Below the pieces are notes generated by a model. It did not search any database. It was not told where the DNA came from and saw only the letters and a list, made by a program, of their open reading frames with translations. A stretch of 63,197 nucleotides of DNA, counting the filler, from Octopus bimaculoides (lineage: Eukaryota): assembly GCF_001194135.2 (NCBI RefSeq). It is 3 parts of 3 records of this genome, joined end to end, with 100 filler letters (N's around TTAATTAATTAA, not from the genome) between each part and the next. Parts side by side here need not be neighbours in the genome. Positions count along the whole stretch, not along the records: positions 1 to 30,633 come from NC_068996.1; positions 30,734 to 46,219 come from NC_068995.1; 1 more part is not named here. The stretch is one strand, 5' to 3'. A program made the translations under genes and the position numbers. How positions within the stretch are numbered: position 1 is the first letter of the stretch; each line of letters opens with the position of its first letter. Positions 27,071-39,353 of the stretch are shown here, piece by piece.

Positions 27071-27141
27071 TGCATCGGCTAGGAATCGAACCTCTGCCAG
27101 TCGCGTGACAAGTGAGCATTCTACCACTGAACCACCGACAC
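27071..27141 (-). pseudogene. tRNA-Gly(GCC)-derived pseudogene with anticodon read as GTC
   Basis: 71-nt minus-strand sequence GTGTCGG TG GTTC AGTGGTA GAAT G CTCAC TT GTC AC GCGAC TGGC AGAGG TTCGATT CCTAG CCGATGC A aligns without gaps to invertebrate tRNA-Gly-GCC as recalled. Two mismatches in each of the anticodon and T stems. Confidence 0.8.
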
Positions 27142-27374
27142 TAAGATGATTTTAATAATTTCTGTAATTACGGAAGATGGCTATAAACAGATTTTGAACT
27201 CGGTGGATGTCTTCAACTTGAAGCTGGGTACCCTTTAGTCAAATATAAAACTTTTGCTTTCACATATTTCTCATTTATTTCCATACAAACTAAATAATCC
27301 AACTAGAAATAACAGCCAAATTTCAAACTCAATCTACCGTTTCCTAAACACAAGACGAATTTCGTAGTATATCT

Positions 27375-27815
27375 CTTTTACTTGGTACAGTCATTAGACT
27401 ACGGCAATGCTGGAGCGCCACCTAGAAGAAATTTTAGTCGAACGAATCAACCTCGGTACATTTTTTAAGACTCGTACTTCTTTTATCAAACTCTTTTATC
27501 GAAACACTAAGTTACGGGAATGTAAATACACCAACACTGGATATTAAGTGATGATGGGAATGGGGGTGGACAAACAGATACAAAGTCACACACACATAAA
27601 TATATACATACATATATATATACATATACAGACACAAAGAAACACAGACACACACACACGCGCATATATACGACAGGCTTCTTTTCAGTTTCCATCTAAA
27701 TCTACTGTCAAGGTTTTGGTCGGCCCGTGACTATAGTACAAGACACTTGCCCAAAGTGTCACGCAGTGGGACTGAACCTGGAGCCATGTGGTTGGGCAGC
27801 AAGCTTCTAACAGCC
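27375..27815 (-). mobile_element. SINE family A, near full length
   Basis: Reverse complement of the tail (27375-27590), internal CA/TA tract and head (27670-27815). Confidence 0.85.
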
Positions 27816-27818
27816 ACG

Positions 27819-27855
<37 letters not shown>

Positions 27856-28564
27856 NNNNNNNNNNNNNNNNNNNNNNNNNNNNNNNNNNNNNNNNNNNNN
27901 NNNNNNNNNNNNNNNNNNNNNNNNNNNNNNNNNNNNNNNNNNNNNNNNNNNNNNNNNNNNNNNNNNNNNNNNNNNNNNNNNNNNNNNNNNNNNNNNNNNN
28001 NNNNNNNNNNNNNNNNNNNNNNNNNNNNNNNNNNNNNNNNNNNNNNNNNNNNNNNNNNNNNNNNNNNNNNNNNNNNNNNNNNNNNNNNNNNNNNNNNNNN
28101 NNNNNNNNNNNNNNNNNNNNNNNNNNNNNNNNNNNNNNNNNNNNNNNNNNNNNNNNNNNNNNNNNNNNNNNNNNNNNNNNNNNNNNNNNNNNNNNNNNNN
28201 NNNNNNNNNNNNNNNNNNNNNNNNNNNNNNNNNNNNNNNNNNNNNNNNNNNNNNNNNNNNNNNNNNNNNNNNNNNNNNNNNNNNNNNNNNNNNNNNNNNN
28301 NNNNNNNNNNNNNNNNNNNNNNNNNNNNNNNNNNNNNNNNNNNNNNNNNNNNNNNNNNNNNNNNNNNNNNNNNNNNNNNNNNNNNNNNNNNNNNNNNNNN
28401 NNNNNNNNNNNNNNNNNNNNNNNNNNNNNNNNNNNNNNNNNNNNNNNNNNNNNNNNNNNNNNNNNNNNNNNNNNNNNNNNNNNNNNNNNNNNNNNNNNNN
28501 NNNNNNNNNNNNNNNNNNNNNNNNNNNNNNNNACCACCACCACCACCACCACCACCACTACCAC

Positions 28565-29133
28565 ATCTCGCTCCTTGTTACTTGTGGAAGATTGGAATGC
28601 TATACTGGACTGTTTTAGCCAAGCCGATGGAGAGAGAGAGAGAGCTCAAAAGCCCAATAAGATTGTAGAGATATTTCCAACTGTTGACACATGACGATTA
28701 AATTTTCCGAAAATGCCAATGTGAATATGGACAAAAAATATCGGGTCGTTCACATCGTATCTAAACAAAGAATTCGGCAGACCAGTAACTGCGGATAGTA
28801 TAATTTGTGTTCCATTTGAAGTTGTTGGCTACACATACCATAAGTTTGTTAACCAGAAGTGTTTCATAGGAAGAAACCCGGTTACTGGAAACAGAATTCG
28901 CCGCACCCGGCGTACAGGGCTTAGAGAGACTGGATGAATGACTTAGTTTAGCGGGCTATGACTACGACAGGTCGTCAAAACAAAAAAATGATTAGCTCTG
29001 AAAAATATGTAAAGTAGATTTCATAAGTTTAGTAAGGAAGTAGCGATAAGGAAAAGTAAATTAGAAGATAAAGTTAAAAACTTAGAAGAGTCGCTTAGGA
29101 AAGAAATTTTACCAGAGAAAAAGCTTCAAAATT

Positions 29134-29135
<2 letters not shown>
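28565..29135 (+). mobile_element. L1/Tx1-clade ORF2 AP-endonuclease fragment, degenerate
   Basis: SLLLVEDWNAILD (GDWN-like motif), GSFTSYLN, VGYTYHKFV (SDH-like motif), PGYWKQNS (GxWKLN motif), then a Lys/Glu-rich segment. Confidence 0.7.
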
Positions 29136-29169
<34 letters not shown>

Positions 29170-29644
29170 CGCTTAGTTTTAGAATGGTGGCAGCTGATGA
29201 AGGAAATGTTCTCTATGTGACCTGTGTGTTTTCTGTACTCTGTTTATGTCTGTTTTTCTCAAAATTAAGAAGTTCTATAGAAACAGCATCTTACATAAGA
29301 TATTACAGTATATTACATAAGACTGTGTTGTTGATTCAACGCTAATGTCATGAACGAATGAAGTAACCATCACTATACTTCATATAAGTGGAAACTCGAG
29401 AAAAACAATAAACCTCATATACTTCGGGAGCAATACACCCCCACACACACTACGCACATGCGCACACTAATACACACACACACACACACACCCACCTACA
29501 CACACAAACATAATATAAAAGTATATACATATATATAAATATATATTGTATTTCGGAATAGCCATTTTTTGCGAAATAAACACACGCACTGTATATTCGT
29601 TATTTATTTCAGATTTACATATTGGTCTTATTTTATATCCATTG

Positions 29645-29692
29645 TTTGAAAATGTTTCGTCACACATCTTGTGACCTCTTCAGCGGCTCTCC
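29645..29692 (-). ncRNA. Degenerate hammerhead-like motif (family H3)
   Basis: CUGAAGA-G-GUCAC(aagaugu)GUGAC-GAAAC; perfect stem II, but stems I and III are not restorable. Confidence 0.45.
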
Positions 29693-30334
29693 ATCCTACG
29701 TGTCTCACAGATCACCACAACAAGATAACTTCAATTCGTAAAACTGTGTGTCTCCACGAGAAGACAGAACAGTAGAAGACAGATAGAACGGAGAGTGGGT
29801 GACGAGTTCACAGGGTGTGTAACGACATATTTCCAGACAGTGGACATAACATAAAATCAATAATAAAATTGAAGTAAAGAACGAGTATATAGTCGGTGTG
29901 TTTATTTGGCAAGGAAAAGAAAATGACCATCCCGAAATATAACAATGTTTATTCCAACCCGATTACACAAACGGGAATCTTGCAAAATAAATACGTAAAC
30001 ATACACACATACGTACATACATGCATACATACATACATACATACATACATACATACATACATACATACACATACATACATACATATATACATACATACAT
30101 ACATATATATATATAAATACATACATACGGTGGTGCATCAGAATGGCCGCAGCTCTGAGCTGAAACTTTGAAATGAAATGAAAATATATATATATATATC
30201 TTCGAAACGCCTAGTTTTAGAATAGAGGCAGCTGGTGCAGGAATAATTCCATAAGTGGGTTGTTTGTTTTCCTATGTGTTTGTTCTGTGGTCTGTAAACA
30301 AAGTCCGTTTTGTTTTTACGCTCCCGTTCTTTTA

Positions 30335-30530
30335 CTCTTTTACTTGTTTCAGTCATTTGACTGCAGCCATGCTGGAGCACGGCTTTTAGTCAAGCAAATC
30401 GCCCCCATGACTTATTTTTTGTAAGCCTAATACTTATTCTATCGGTCCATTTTGCCAAACCGCTATGTTACCTGGACGTAAATCACCAACATCGGTTTTC
30501 ATGCGATGTTGGGGGACAAACACAGACATG
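30335..30530 (-). mobile_element. SINE family A, 3' half
   Basis: tttacttgtttcagtcatttgactgcagccatgctggagcac..ttattctatcggtc..ttttgccaaaccgcta. Confidence 0.85.
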
Positions 30531-30561
30531 CATACACACACACGCGCGCGCGGGCGCACAC

Positions 30562-30633
<72 letters not shown>

Positions 30634-30677
30634 NNNNNNNNNNNNNNNNNNNNNNNNNNNNNNNNNNNNNNNNNNNN

Positions 30678-30689
30678 TTAATTAATTAA
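30678..30689. other. Assembly spacer TTAATTAATTAA inside a 44N+12+44N gap
   Basis: Identical 100-bp construct at 30634-30733 and 46220-46319; the 12-mer has stops in all six frames. Confidence 0.9.
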
Positions 30690-30733
30690 NNNNNNNNNNN
30701 NNNNNNNNNNNNNNNNNNNNNNNNNNNNNNNNN

Positions 30734-30769
<36 letters not shown>

Positions 30770-30796
30770 TGTGCGTGCGTGTGCGTGTGTGTATGT

Positions 30797-30831
<35 letters not shown>

Positions 30832-30834
<3 letters not shown>

Positions 30835-32060
30835 CTTGACTTCAGTAAAGCGTTCGACAGAGTTGACCATAATATCCTGCTGTCAAAATAGTCAAATGTT
30901 GGAATCCGTGGAAAACTTCTACACTGGATTGAGCATTCCCTGGAGAACAGGATACAACATGTTGTGATCGGTGGAATCCACTCAAGCCCAGCAAAAGTCA
31001 CCGGTGGTGTTCCTCAGGAGACTGTCTTGGACCCGCTCCTCTTTATAATCTGTATAAACGACCTTTCCAGCGTTATAAAACACAGCAAAGTGAAAATATT
31101 CGCCGATGACTCTAAGCTCCAGAAGATTATCAATGAAGAAGAAGACCGAACTAAATTCCAGTCTGATCTGCGTGCTGTAAGTGAATGAGCAGACAAAACA
31201 AAATGCAACTAAACGAGGTAAAATTTGAACTGATGCATTTTGGAAAAAAAGACTATGCTAAAACAGCCATATTCTCTTCCTTCAGGAGAACCTCTCACAG
31301 CATCTAATAATATCAGAGACCTAGGAGTAATTGTTGATAACAATTTCAGTTGGAGTACCCACATCAACAATAAGGTCGATATAGCTCGTAATCTGAGTTC
31401 CTGGATCCTAAGAACCTTCCGTCCAGAGAACAAGGTGTCATCATTCCACTTTTCTCCTCCTTTGTACGGTCTCACCTCAAATACTGCTGCCCCCCGTGGT
31501 CTCCCCAAACAAAACATCTCGAAAATTGAATCACCCTAGAGGTCATTCACTAAAAGAATTAAGAGCATGACTGATCTCGATTATTGGGACCGCCTTAAAA
31601 CATTGAAACTCTTTTCTCTCCAGCGCCACCGTGAGCGATACATCATTTGCACGATGTGGAGAATATTGCCCAATCGACCTCAACATTAGCTTCAAAATTC
31701 ATTCAAGGCTAAGAGCACGGGCCACACGTCTCCTACCCAATTCAGGATCACAATACATAAATACACTGCAACACAGTTTCTATTCCTCAACAGGCTCTGC
31801 CTTGTTTAACATTTTCCCGAAACAAGTCAAAGAGGAAAAGGATCCCATTACCTTTAAACGGAATCTGGACAAATTTCTTCAAGGAATACCAGATAAGCTA
31901 CCTATATCTGGATACAATTCATTCAACAATGGACCGTGATATCACAAAACTTGACTTAAAAGGATTGAGATAATCCTATCAGATGGTGCTATTAAGTTAG
32001 ATATGGCATGGACCAATCTTTGGTCGAAACATATCTAAGTTTATCTAAGCTTAAGTTTAT
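30832..32060 (+). mobile_element. 5'-truncated CR1-group LINE (RT and 3' end), degenerate
   Basis: FLDFSKAFDRVDH, GVPQETVLDPLLF, FADD (31099-31110), RDLGVIVD and LFNIFP..FKRNLDKFL; 3' hairpin GACCA-atctt-TGGTC (32011-25) and an (atctaagttt)-type tail. Confidence 0.92.
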
Positions 32061-32489
32061 ANNNNNNNNNNNNNNNNNNNNNNNNNNNNNNNNNNNNNNN
32101 NNNNNNNNNNNNNNNNNNNNNNNNNNNNNNNNNNNNNNNNNNNNNNNNNNNNNNNNNNNNNNNNNNNNNNNNNNNNNNNNNNNNNNNNNNNNNNNNNNNN
32201 NNNNNNNNNNNNNNNNNNNNNNNNNNNNNNNNNNNNTATATATATAAGAGCGTTGTAGTTCGCTTGAAGCATTGTAATATCGAAGAATGTAAAAGAGAGA
32301 GAATAGACAGCTTCTGACAATGTGGAAAATTTAATAAAACCTTTATATTTTAGGCGCAAAGGCCTATCTTGAGAAGAAAAGAGCAGTCTATGAAAAGTCC
32401 AGTTATGTAGGCTCCGTTAACCCATTCAAATTTCCTAGCGTTTGTGTAACAGCAGTAGTCACTCTCGAAACGGAGGTGTAATCGACGTC

Positions 32490-32960
32490 CCACGTAGCAG
32501 TTTTCCACGGGTCCTTGCATTACTGCCGAATAAAACAAAGCAGATATACGAATTAATTTGCGAATAATTGAAAATTATGCAACCTAATGCGTGTCCGCCT
32601 GATCCCATGGCAGATTTCGAAGTCGCAATTCATAAGGCATTTAATTCACCATTCCCTAATTCATCTATCGTGGCATATTTGTTTCATTTGAGCCAATCAA
32701 TATTTCGAAAAATTACAGGTCTAGGCTTCAAAGTAAAATACCATAAAGACTGAATTCTGTCTTAACATTCGATGTTTTTCAGCATTAGCGTTCCTACATA
32801 TTGAAGATGTCGAAGAAGCCTACGAAGAATTAATAGACGATGAAGAAATACCAGCTGAGTTCATCGGTTACTTTGACTTGACTTACATAGGCGTTATGAG
32901 AGGACGTGCTGCTAGACGAAGGAGAGAACCACCAACATTCAATAAAAAACAGTTGTAATG
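32490..32960 (+). mobile_element. Mutator-like (MULE) transposase fragment
   Basis: FPRVLALLPNKTKQIY..MADFEVAIHKAF..FP..LFHLSQSIFRKI..LG, then FIGYFDLTYIG..RRREPPTF, typical of the MULE DDE domain. Stops present. Confidence 0.8.
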
Positions 32961-33687
32961 AACTTCGACTCATTTGTGTTATTATTTAAACATTATGGTT
33001 GTGTGTGTGTGNNNNNNNNNNNNNNNNNNNNNNNNNNNNNNNNNNNNNNNNNNNNNNNNNNNNNNNNNNNNNNNNNNNNNNNNNNNNNNNNNNNNNNNNN
33101 NNNNNNNNNNNNNNNNNNNNNNNNNNNNNNNNNNNNNNNNNNNNNNNNNNNNNNNNNNNNNNNNNNNNNNNNNNNNNNNNNNNNNNNNNNNNNNNNNNNN
33201 NNNNNNNNNNNNNNNNNNNNNNNNNNNNNNNNNNNNNNNNNNNNNNNNNNNNNNNNNNNNNNNNNNNNNNNNNNNNNNNNNNNNNNNNNNNNNNNNNNNN
33301 NNNNNNNNNNNNNNNNNNNNNNNNNNNNNNNNNNNNNNNNNNNNNNNNNNNNNNNNNNNNNNNNNNNNNNNNNNNNNNNNNNNNNNNNNNNNNNNNNNNN
33401 NNNNNNNNNNNNNNNNNNNNNNNNNNNNNNNNNNNNNNNNNNNNNNNNNNNNNNNNNNNNNNNNNNNNNNNNNNNNNNNNNNNNNNNNNNNNNNNNNNNN
33501 NNNNAATTATCTTCCAATTAGATATATCTAAATTAGTGCTAAGTTATTAAATGCAGAAAGCAGCAGAAGATAACTAGGTAAGATTATGCTGTGAGAAAGG
33601 AAAAAAAATACCTGTAGTCGATGAGTCATGTTATTTTTGATTCTTTCAGTAAGTACAAGAAAGAATTATTTTATATTGTTTCTTTTA

Positions 33688-34084
33688 GGGCGGCGAGATG
33701 CCAGAATCATTAGTGCGCGCTGGCAAAATGCTTAACGACATTTCGTCCATACTTACGTGCTGAGCTCAAACTCCGCCGAGGTCGACTTTGCCTTTCAGCC
33801 TTTCGAGATCGATAAAATAAGTACCAGCTTGAGTGCTGGGATCGATGGTATTGACTTATCTCCTATCCCGAACTTGTTGGCCATGTGCCAAAATTTAAAA
33901 GCGTTATTCTTATTAATATTCGATTTCTTTAGGGCGGCGAGTTCGCAGAATCGATAGCACGTTGAACAAAATGTTTTCTATGTCTTCCGGTTCTTTACGT
34001 TCTGAATTCAAATGCCGCTGAGGTCAACTTCATGCCGCTAAGCATTTTGCCCGGTGTGCTGACGATTCTTCCAGCTCGCCGCCT

Positions 34085-34134
<50 letters not shown>

Positions 34135-34350
34135 TAATAATAATGGTTTCAAATTTTGACACAAGGTCAGCAATTTTGTGGGAGGAGGTAAGTTGATTAT
34201 ATCGACTCCAGTACTCGAGTGGTATTTATTTTATCGATCCCAAGAAGATGAAAGGCAAAGTCGACCTTAGCGGAATTTGAACTCAGAATATAAAGACAGA
34301 TGAAATGCTGCTAAGTATTTTGTGTAGCTGTTAACGATTCTGCCAAGTCA
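33688..34350. mobile_element. Cluster of four SINE family B copies or fragments in both orientations
   Basis: 33688-33900 (+), 33931-34030 (+ head), 34035-34085 (- head), (AAT)n, 34145-34350 (-). Confidence 0.85.
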
Positions 34351-34937
34351 CTGCTTTGCTTTTGTTAGATATCAATATATAATTTCCAACACTGAAATTT
34401 ATTTCCATGTATTCAGATCAGACACAGGTAGTCATGACGAAATACTAAAATTCACTGCCATTTTGTTCTTTCCTTTCAATGTAATAATTAACCAATGATT
34501 AACAACTGAGCTTATGATTTAGAACGTCTTCCCTAAGTTTATTTCTTATGACACCGGTGTTCGCACCCAAGTCACTCCTGACTGATCAGAAATATATATC
34601 AGCAATTCCATCCATGCTATTTTTCTAGTGTGCACGAACAGCATTTTCTAGTGTGTCACTGCTTTGTTAAAAATGTTAAGATGGAATTTGGGGGAAATTT
34701 GGCTGATATTTCTTTTAGGTGGAATGACCCCGTAGAGGCTGTCACGTTAGCTCGTGTTTACTCTTAGTTGTAGTCTTCTGTTTACTTCTAATTATAGTAT
34801 AATGTAAAACAGTTTTGACAGTGGATAAGGACAGTGGTTTAAAATAGTGAGAAAAAAGAATCTCTGTAAAATATGACTCCATTCACAAACACAAAATATT
34901 CAACATTTCTTTTTAAATATTTCATTTCCGTATTGAT

Positions 34938-35665
34938 ATTAGTTGAACCATACTCCATGACAACAGTTAAGCCATACTTGACAACAGTTAAGCCATACTT
35001 GACATTAGCTGGGTTATAATCGATAACATCAGTTGACCTGCAGTTATGAAATCAGTTGAGTCAAACTTGCTGACTTGAGATGAGCCACATTTAATGAGAA
35101 TATTCGAACCATACTAAGGCGGTGAGCTGGCAGAATCGTTAGCACGCCGTACAAAATGCTTAGCAGCATTTCGTCCGTCTTTACGATCTGAGCTCAAATT
35201 CCGCCGAGGTCGACTTTGCTTCCACCCTTTTGAGGTCGATAAAATAAGTCCCAGTTTGACATTGGGGCTCATGTAATCGACTTACACCTTTCTCCGAACA
35301 TGTTGGCCTTGTTCCAGAATTTGAAACCAATATTTGAGCCATACCTCATGATAACAATTGAGCCATACTTGATGATATCAATTGAGCCATATTTCGTGAA
35401 AAAGTTGAGCCAGATTTGATGATATCAGTTCAGTCATATTTGACATTAGTTGAGGTATACTCGATGACATCAACAGAGCTACATTTCGCATCGATTGAGC
35501 CAAACTTAACATTAGTAGAGCCATACTTAATAACATAAGTTGAGCTTTTCTTAATGATATTTATTGAACCATAATTGATGACAACAGTTGATCCATACTC
35601 GATGACATTAGTTGAGTTAAGATTGATGATATGAATTAAGCCGTACTTGATATTAGTTGAGCGAT
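34938..35665. repeat. Degenerate minisatellite, 21/24-bp unit (consensus AGTTGAGCCATACTTGATGACATC), split by a SINE B
   Basis: More than 20 recognisable units read by eye; SINE B at 35118-35328. Confidence 0.85.
35118..35328 (+). mobile_element. SINE family B, full length
   Basis: ggcggtgagctggcagaatcgttagcacgcc..ctcaaattccgccgaggtcgactttgc..aaaataagtcccagt..tttgaaacc. Confidence 0.9.
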
Positions 35666-35753
35666 AACGATATAATATTGTTTACTAATATAATTAGTGT
35701 CTTTGCGTTGTCTGTCTTTCTCCTTCCTCCCTCTCTCTGTTCCTCTTCCTTTT

Positions 35754-35788
<35 letters not shown>

Positions 35789-36755
35789 ACCTGACATGCA
35801 CATCAAAGGTAATTAGCTGTTATGTAACTGTCATTAAGTCTCTATATTTCGTTGAAACACTGGCAGGACGTATAGTTAGCTGAGTACCAAATATAGCATA
35901 CATAATACGTTTAACTATCCATTGTACCCACAACACACATACATATAATTGTATGGATATTTTATCATTTGTTAAACGATAACGAGCAACATGTATTTTG
36001 AGTTAATCATTTTAATTAATCCCGCATACCGCCAATAATTAGCTATAAAACTGAATATTTATCACATGTGGAGATTCCATGGATACCAATAATTATAAAG
36101 TTATAGGAAAGTGAATATAACTGCATATACTTGCATATCAAATGGCTGATATGATTTTATTACGATAGAATCAGATGCTTTCTTTCGGCAAAAATGTGTA
36201 ATTAGCAGTTTCTGAAAACATTGTGTTCTGTCTAAATTGCAATCATTCGTGAGACGGCGGTAACTCTACATGATATGCAAAGAGGAAAAAAAAAACAGTA
36301 TAAAACAAAACAAAATAAGCAGTATAGGCAGATAGGCTGTAGATTCACAAATGGGAACAATATACACGCTATCGTAAGCTATTCCTTTGTACTGTTAGCT
36401 TAAATAATCGTAAAAACAATCATTTTAGCTTAATCAGCCAGTTTGTGCTTGCCAGATATCTAGACCTCTGCTAATAAGTTTCATTTGGATCGGTGCCTTT
36501 TCAGTACAAAACCATCCCAGAAATGTATCAGATTCATACATCGCTAAAAGATAATTTCAAAACTAAAAACGGTTCACCTTTGGCAAAGTTTTCGAATCTT
36601 CATTGTTTTCTTTTGTTTTTTTGTTTTGTTTTGTTTTTTGTATTTTTCTCTGTGAAAGATACAAAAATGTTAAATAAAACATTAAAATATAGTATTTCTA
36701 ACTTTTAAAGAAAAATGTTTTGAAGCAACAATACTCTACGGTAAAAAAAAAATGT

Positions 36756-36786
<31 letters not shown>

Positions 36787-37049
36787 AAAGAAAGAAAATT
36801 TTGCATTCCCAAAGTGAAGTTCTACAGCACAAGATATATTTCAAAATTCCAAATCCTCTGCGGTTTGCATGTGAACCTATCTTCAGGGGTGAATGACATC
36901 GCTATTGGAGTTAACTAAAAACCAAAGCAATTAATTAATGTTGCATTTATGAAAACACAGTTGTGTTTATAAAGAAAATTAGGAGGATTAAATGATCAAT
37001 TAAGCATACAGCTATCTTCATAAGGCAATTAAGAAGTTTAAAATATCTA

Positions 37050-37445
37050 TTACGTGTGCGGCACCTTGAGTAAGTGTATCCCATTCTAGCCTCGGCTTGG
37101 CCAATACCTTGTGAGTGATTTTGGTTGACGAAAACTGTGTGGAACCTCGTCGTATACATACTTACATAAACATACATACATACATACATACATACATGTA
37201 TATATGTATGTGTAACGCCTTTTGTTTGTATTTATTTCTGCAACACTTGACAAGCAGTGTTGGTTGGTTTACGTCTCCAAGAAGTTACGGGGACGTAAAC
37301 TTAACAGTTTGACAAAAGATAATAGTAGAATAAGTACCAGATTTATATAAAAAAAAAACTACTGGGGTCGATTTATTCGACAAAAACCTTTCAAAGCTGT
37401 GCCCCAGAATGGCGTAGTTCGATGACTGAAACAAGTAAAAGATAA
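37050..37445 (+). mobile_element. Degenerate SINE family A (5' truncated)
   Basis: gcaccttgagtaagtgt..ccttgtgagtga..(TACA)n..aataagtaccag..ggggtcgatttattcgac..gactgaaacaagtaaaaga. Confidence 0.75.
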
Positions 37446-37719
37446 ATTACGACCATTTATCAATCGAAGATCTTTACATTCTCTAAAAGATTTCTACTTC
37501 TTTCAAAATATAATATGTAAAACTTATAAGCAAAATGTAAAGTATCTCATGAATGTTTTTGTTGTAGGCAAACATGCAATGATGGTGGTAGTAGTGGTTG
37601 TGGTGGTGGTGGGGTTCGTAATGCTGGTGGTGATGGTGATGGTTATGGAGGTGGTCGAGATGGAAGTGTTAGTGGTGGTGGTGATGGTAGTAGTAGTGGT
37701 GGTGGTGGTTGTTGTTGGC

Positions 37720-37900
37720 ATTATGCGATGCAATGTTTGTCTGCCGCTATGCTATGAGTTCAAATTCCACCGAGGTCGACTTTGCCTTTCGTCCTTTCGG
37801 GGTCGATGAAATAAGTACCAGTTATGTACTGGGTCGATGTAACTGATTAACCCTCTCTCCTCAAATTTCAGGCCTTGTGTCTATAGTAGAAAGGATTATG
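37720..37900 (+). mobile_element. SINE family B
   Basis: gagttcaaattccaccgaggtcgactttgcctttcgtcctttcggggtcgatgaaataagtaccagt. Confidence 0.85.
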
Positions 37901-37954
37901 CACAATATATTCGTTCTTTACTGCTGCTTTACCATTGTTCTTATTTTAGTGTCT

Positions 37955-38032
37955 TTAGTCAGAAATCTTTCGTCACACATCCTGAAACCTCTTCAGCGAT
38001 TCTCTATCCCTCGTCTGAAATCTTTCGTCACG
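37955..38032 (-). ncRNA. Hammerhead-like motif (family H3), 1.5 tandem copies
   Basis: aaucg-CUGAAGA-G-guuuc(aggaugu)gugac-GAAA-gauuuc/ugacu; the GUGACGAAAGAUUUC half is repeated 56 nt upstream. Confidence 0.55.
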
Positions 38033-38786
38033 TGTGTGTATGTGTATTCATGTCATGTTAAATCTGTTCTGTCTAGATCTGAACGAAGCCTGTTTGTTCC
38101 TTTTGCATTTAACTTGACAAGTCGCTGCAGGTTGCTTCTCCCTGATCTATATCCTGATAAGTTTATGACTGTCTGTGATAGGTATTCATTGTTGTTGGAA
38201 TTATTATTTACTTATTTATATATTTTTGGTCGCACCTACTTATGTCTGAAAGAGTTAAAAAGGCGTGATCTCCTGCATCTATGGCTTTTTTTTTATCTGC
38301 GCACTGCAATATTGTGTGGCATACAAAGGTCTTGAAAAATAGGAAAAGTGTATATATATATATATACACTATCATACCCGTTTCGTCATAAATGTCTAAA
38401 CACTGCTTCGTGCTAATATTACGGTAGTTTCCACGACGCAAATCATTCACTGTTGTTGATTGTATTTCAGATGCGTATATACATATCGTTCACACATCAA
38501 TTTAATATATTATGTGAACGATAATTTTCTAAAAGCAAAAGCGTTTAATATTTAATTTCGCATATGTATTTATATATATGTGTGTGAGCGTATGAAATTG
38601 ATGAAATATATACAATTTACGATAAAAATCTACAGTTTATTTTGATTAAAACACCAGCGTTTGAGAAGCAAAATCTGTGAATGGTGTTCGTCTGTGTTTA
38701 GCATCTGTGACTGTTACCTCTCCCATTCCGTGTGTTGTCTTTCCATAGCGTGACCGATGGAGACACATTGCGTTTTATTATGTGTA

Positions 38787-38831
<45 letters not shown>

Positions 38832-39309
38832 NNNNNNNNNNNNNNNNNNNNNNNNNNNNNNNNNNNNNNNNNNNNNNNNNNNNNNNNNNNNNNNNNNNNN
38901 NNNNNNNNNNNNNNNNNNNNNNNNNNNNNNNNNNNNNNNNNNNNNNNNNNNNNNNNNNNNNNNNNNNNNNNNNNNNNNNNNNNNNNNNNNNNNNNNNNNN
39001 NNNNNNNNNNNNNNNNNNNNNNNNNNNNNNNNNNNNNNNNNNNNNNNNNNNNNNNNNNNNNNNNNNNNNNNNNNNNNNNNNNNNNNNNNNNNNNNNNNNN
39101 NNNNNNNNNNNNNNNNNNNNNNNNNNNNNNNNNNNNNNNNNNNNNNNNNNNNNNNNNNNNNNNNNNNNNNNNNNNNNNNNNNNNNNNNNNNNNNNNNNNN
39201 NNNNNNNNNNNNNNNNNNNNNNNNNNNNNNNNNNNNNNNNNNNNNNNNNNNNNNNNNNNNNNNNNNNNNNNNNNNNNNNNNNNNNNNNNNNNNNNNNNNN
39301 NNNNNNNNN

Positions 39310-39353
<44 letters not shown>

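Noticed and set aside
30634-30733. TTAATTAATTAA palindrome between N runs (also 46220-46319)
   Set aside because: Identical 44N+12+44N construct twice; a six-frame-stop scaffolding spacer, not biological.
36855-36890. Minus-strand CUGAAGA with GGUU/AACC stem
   Set aside because: Followed by GCAG rather than GAAA, and no stems I or III.
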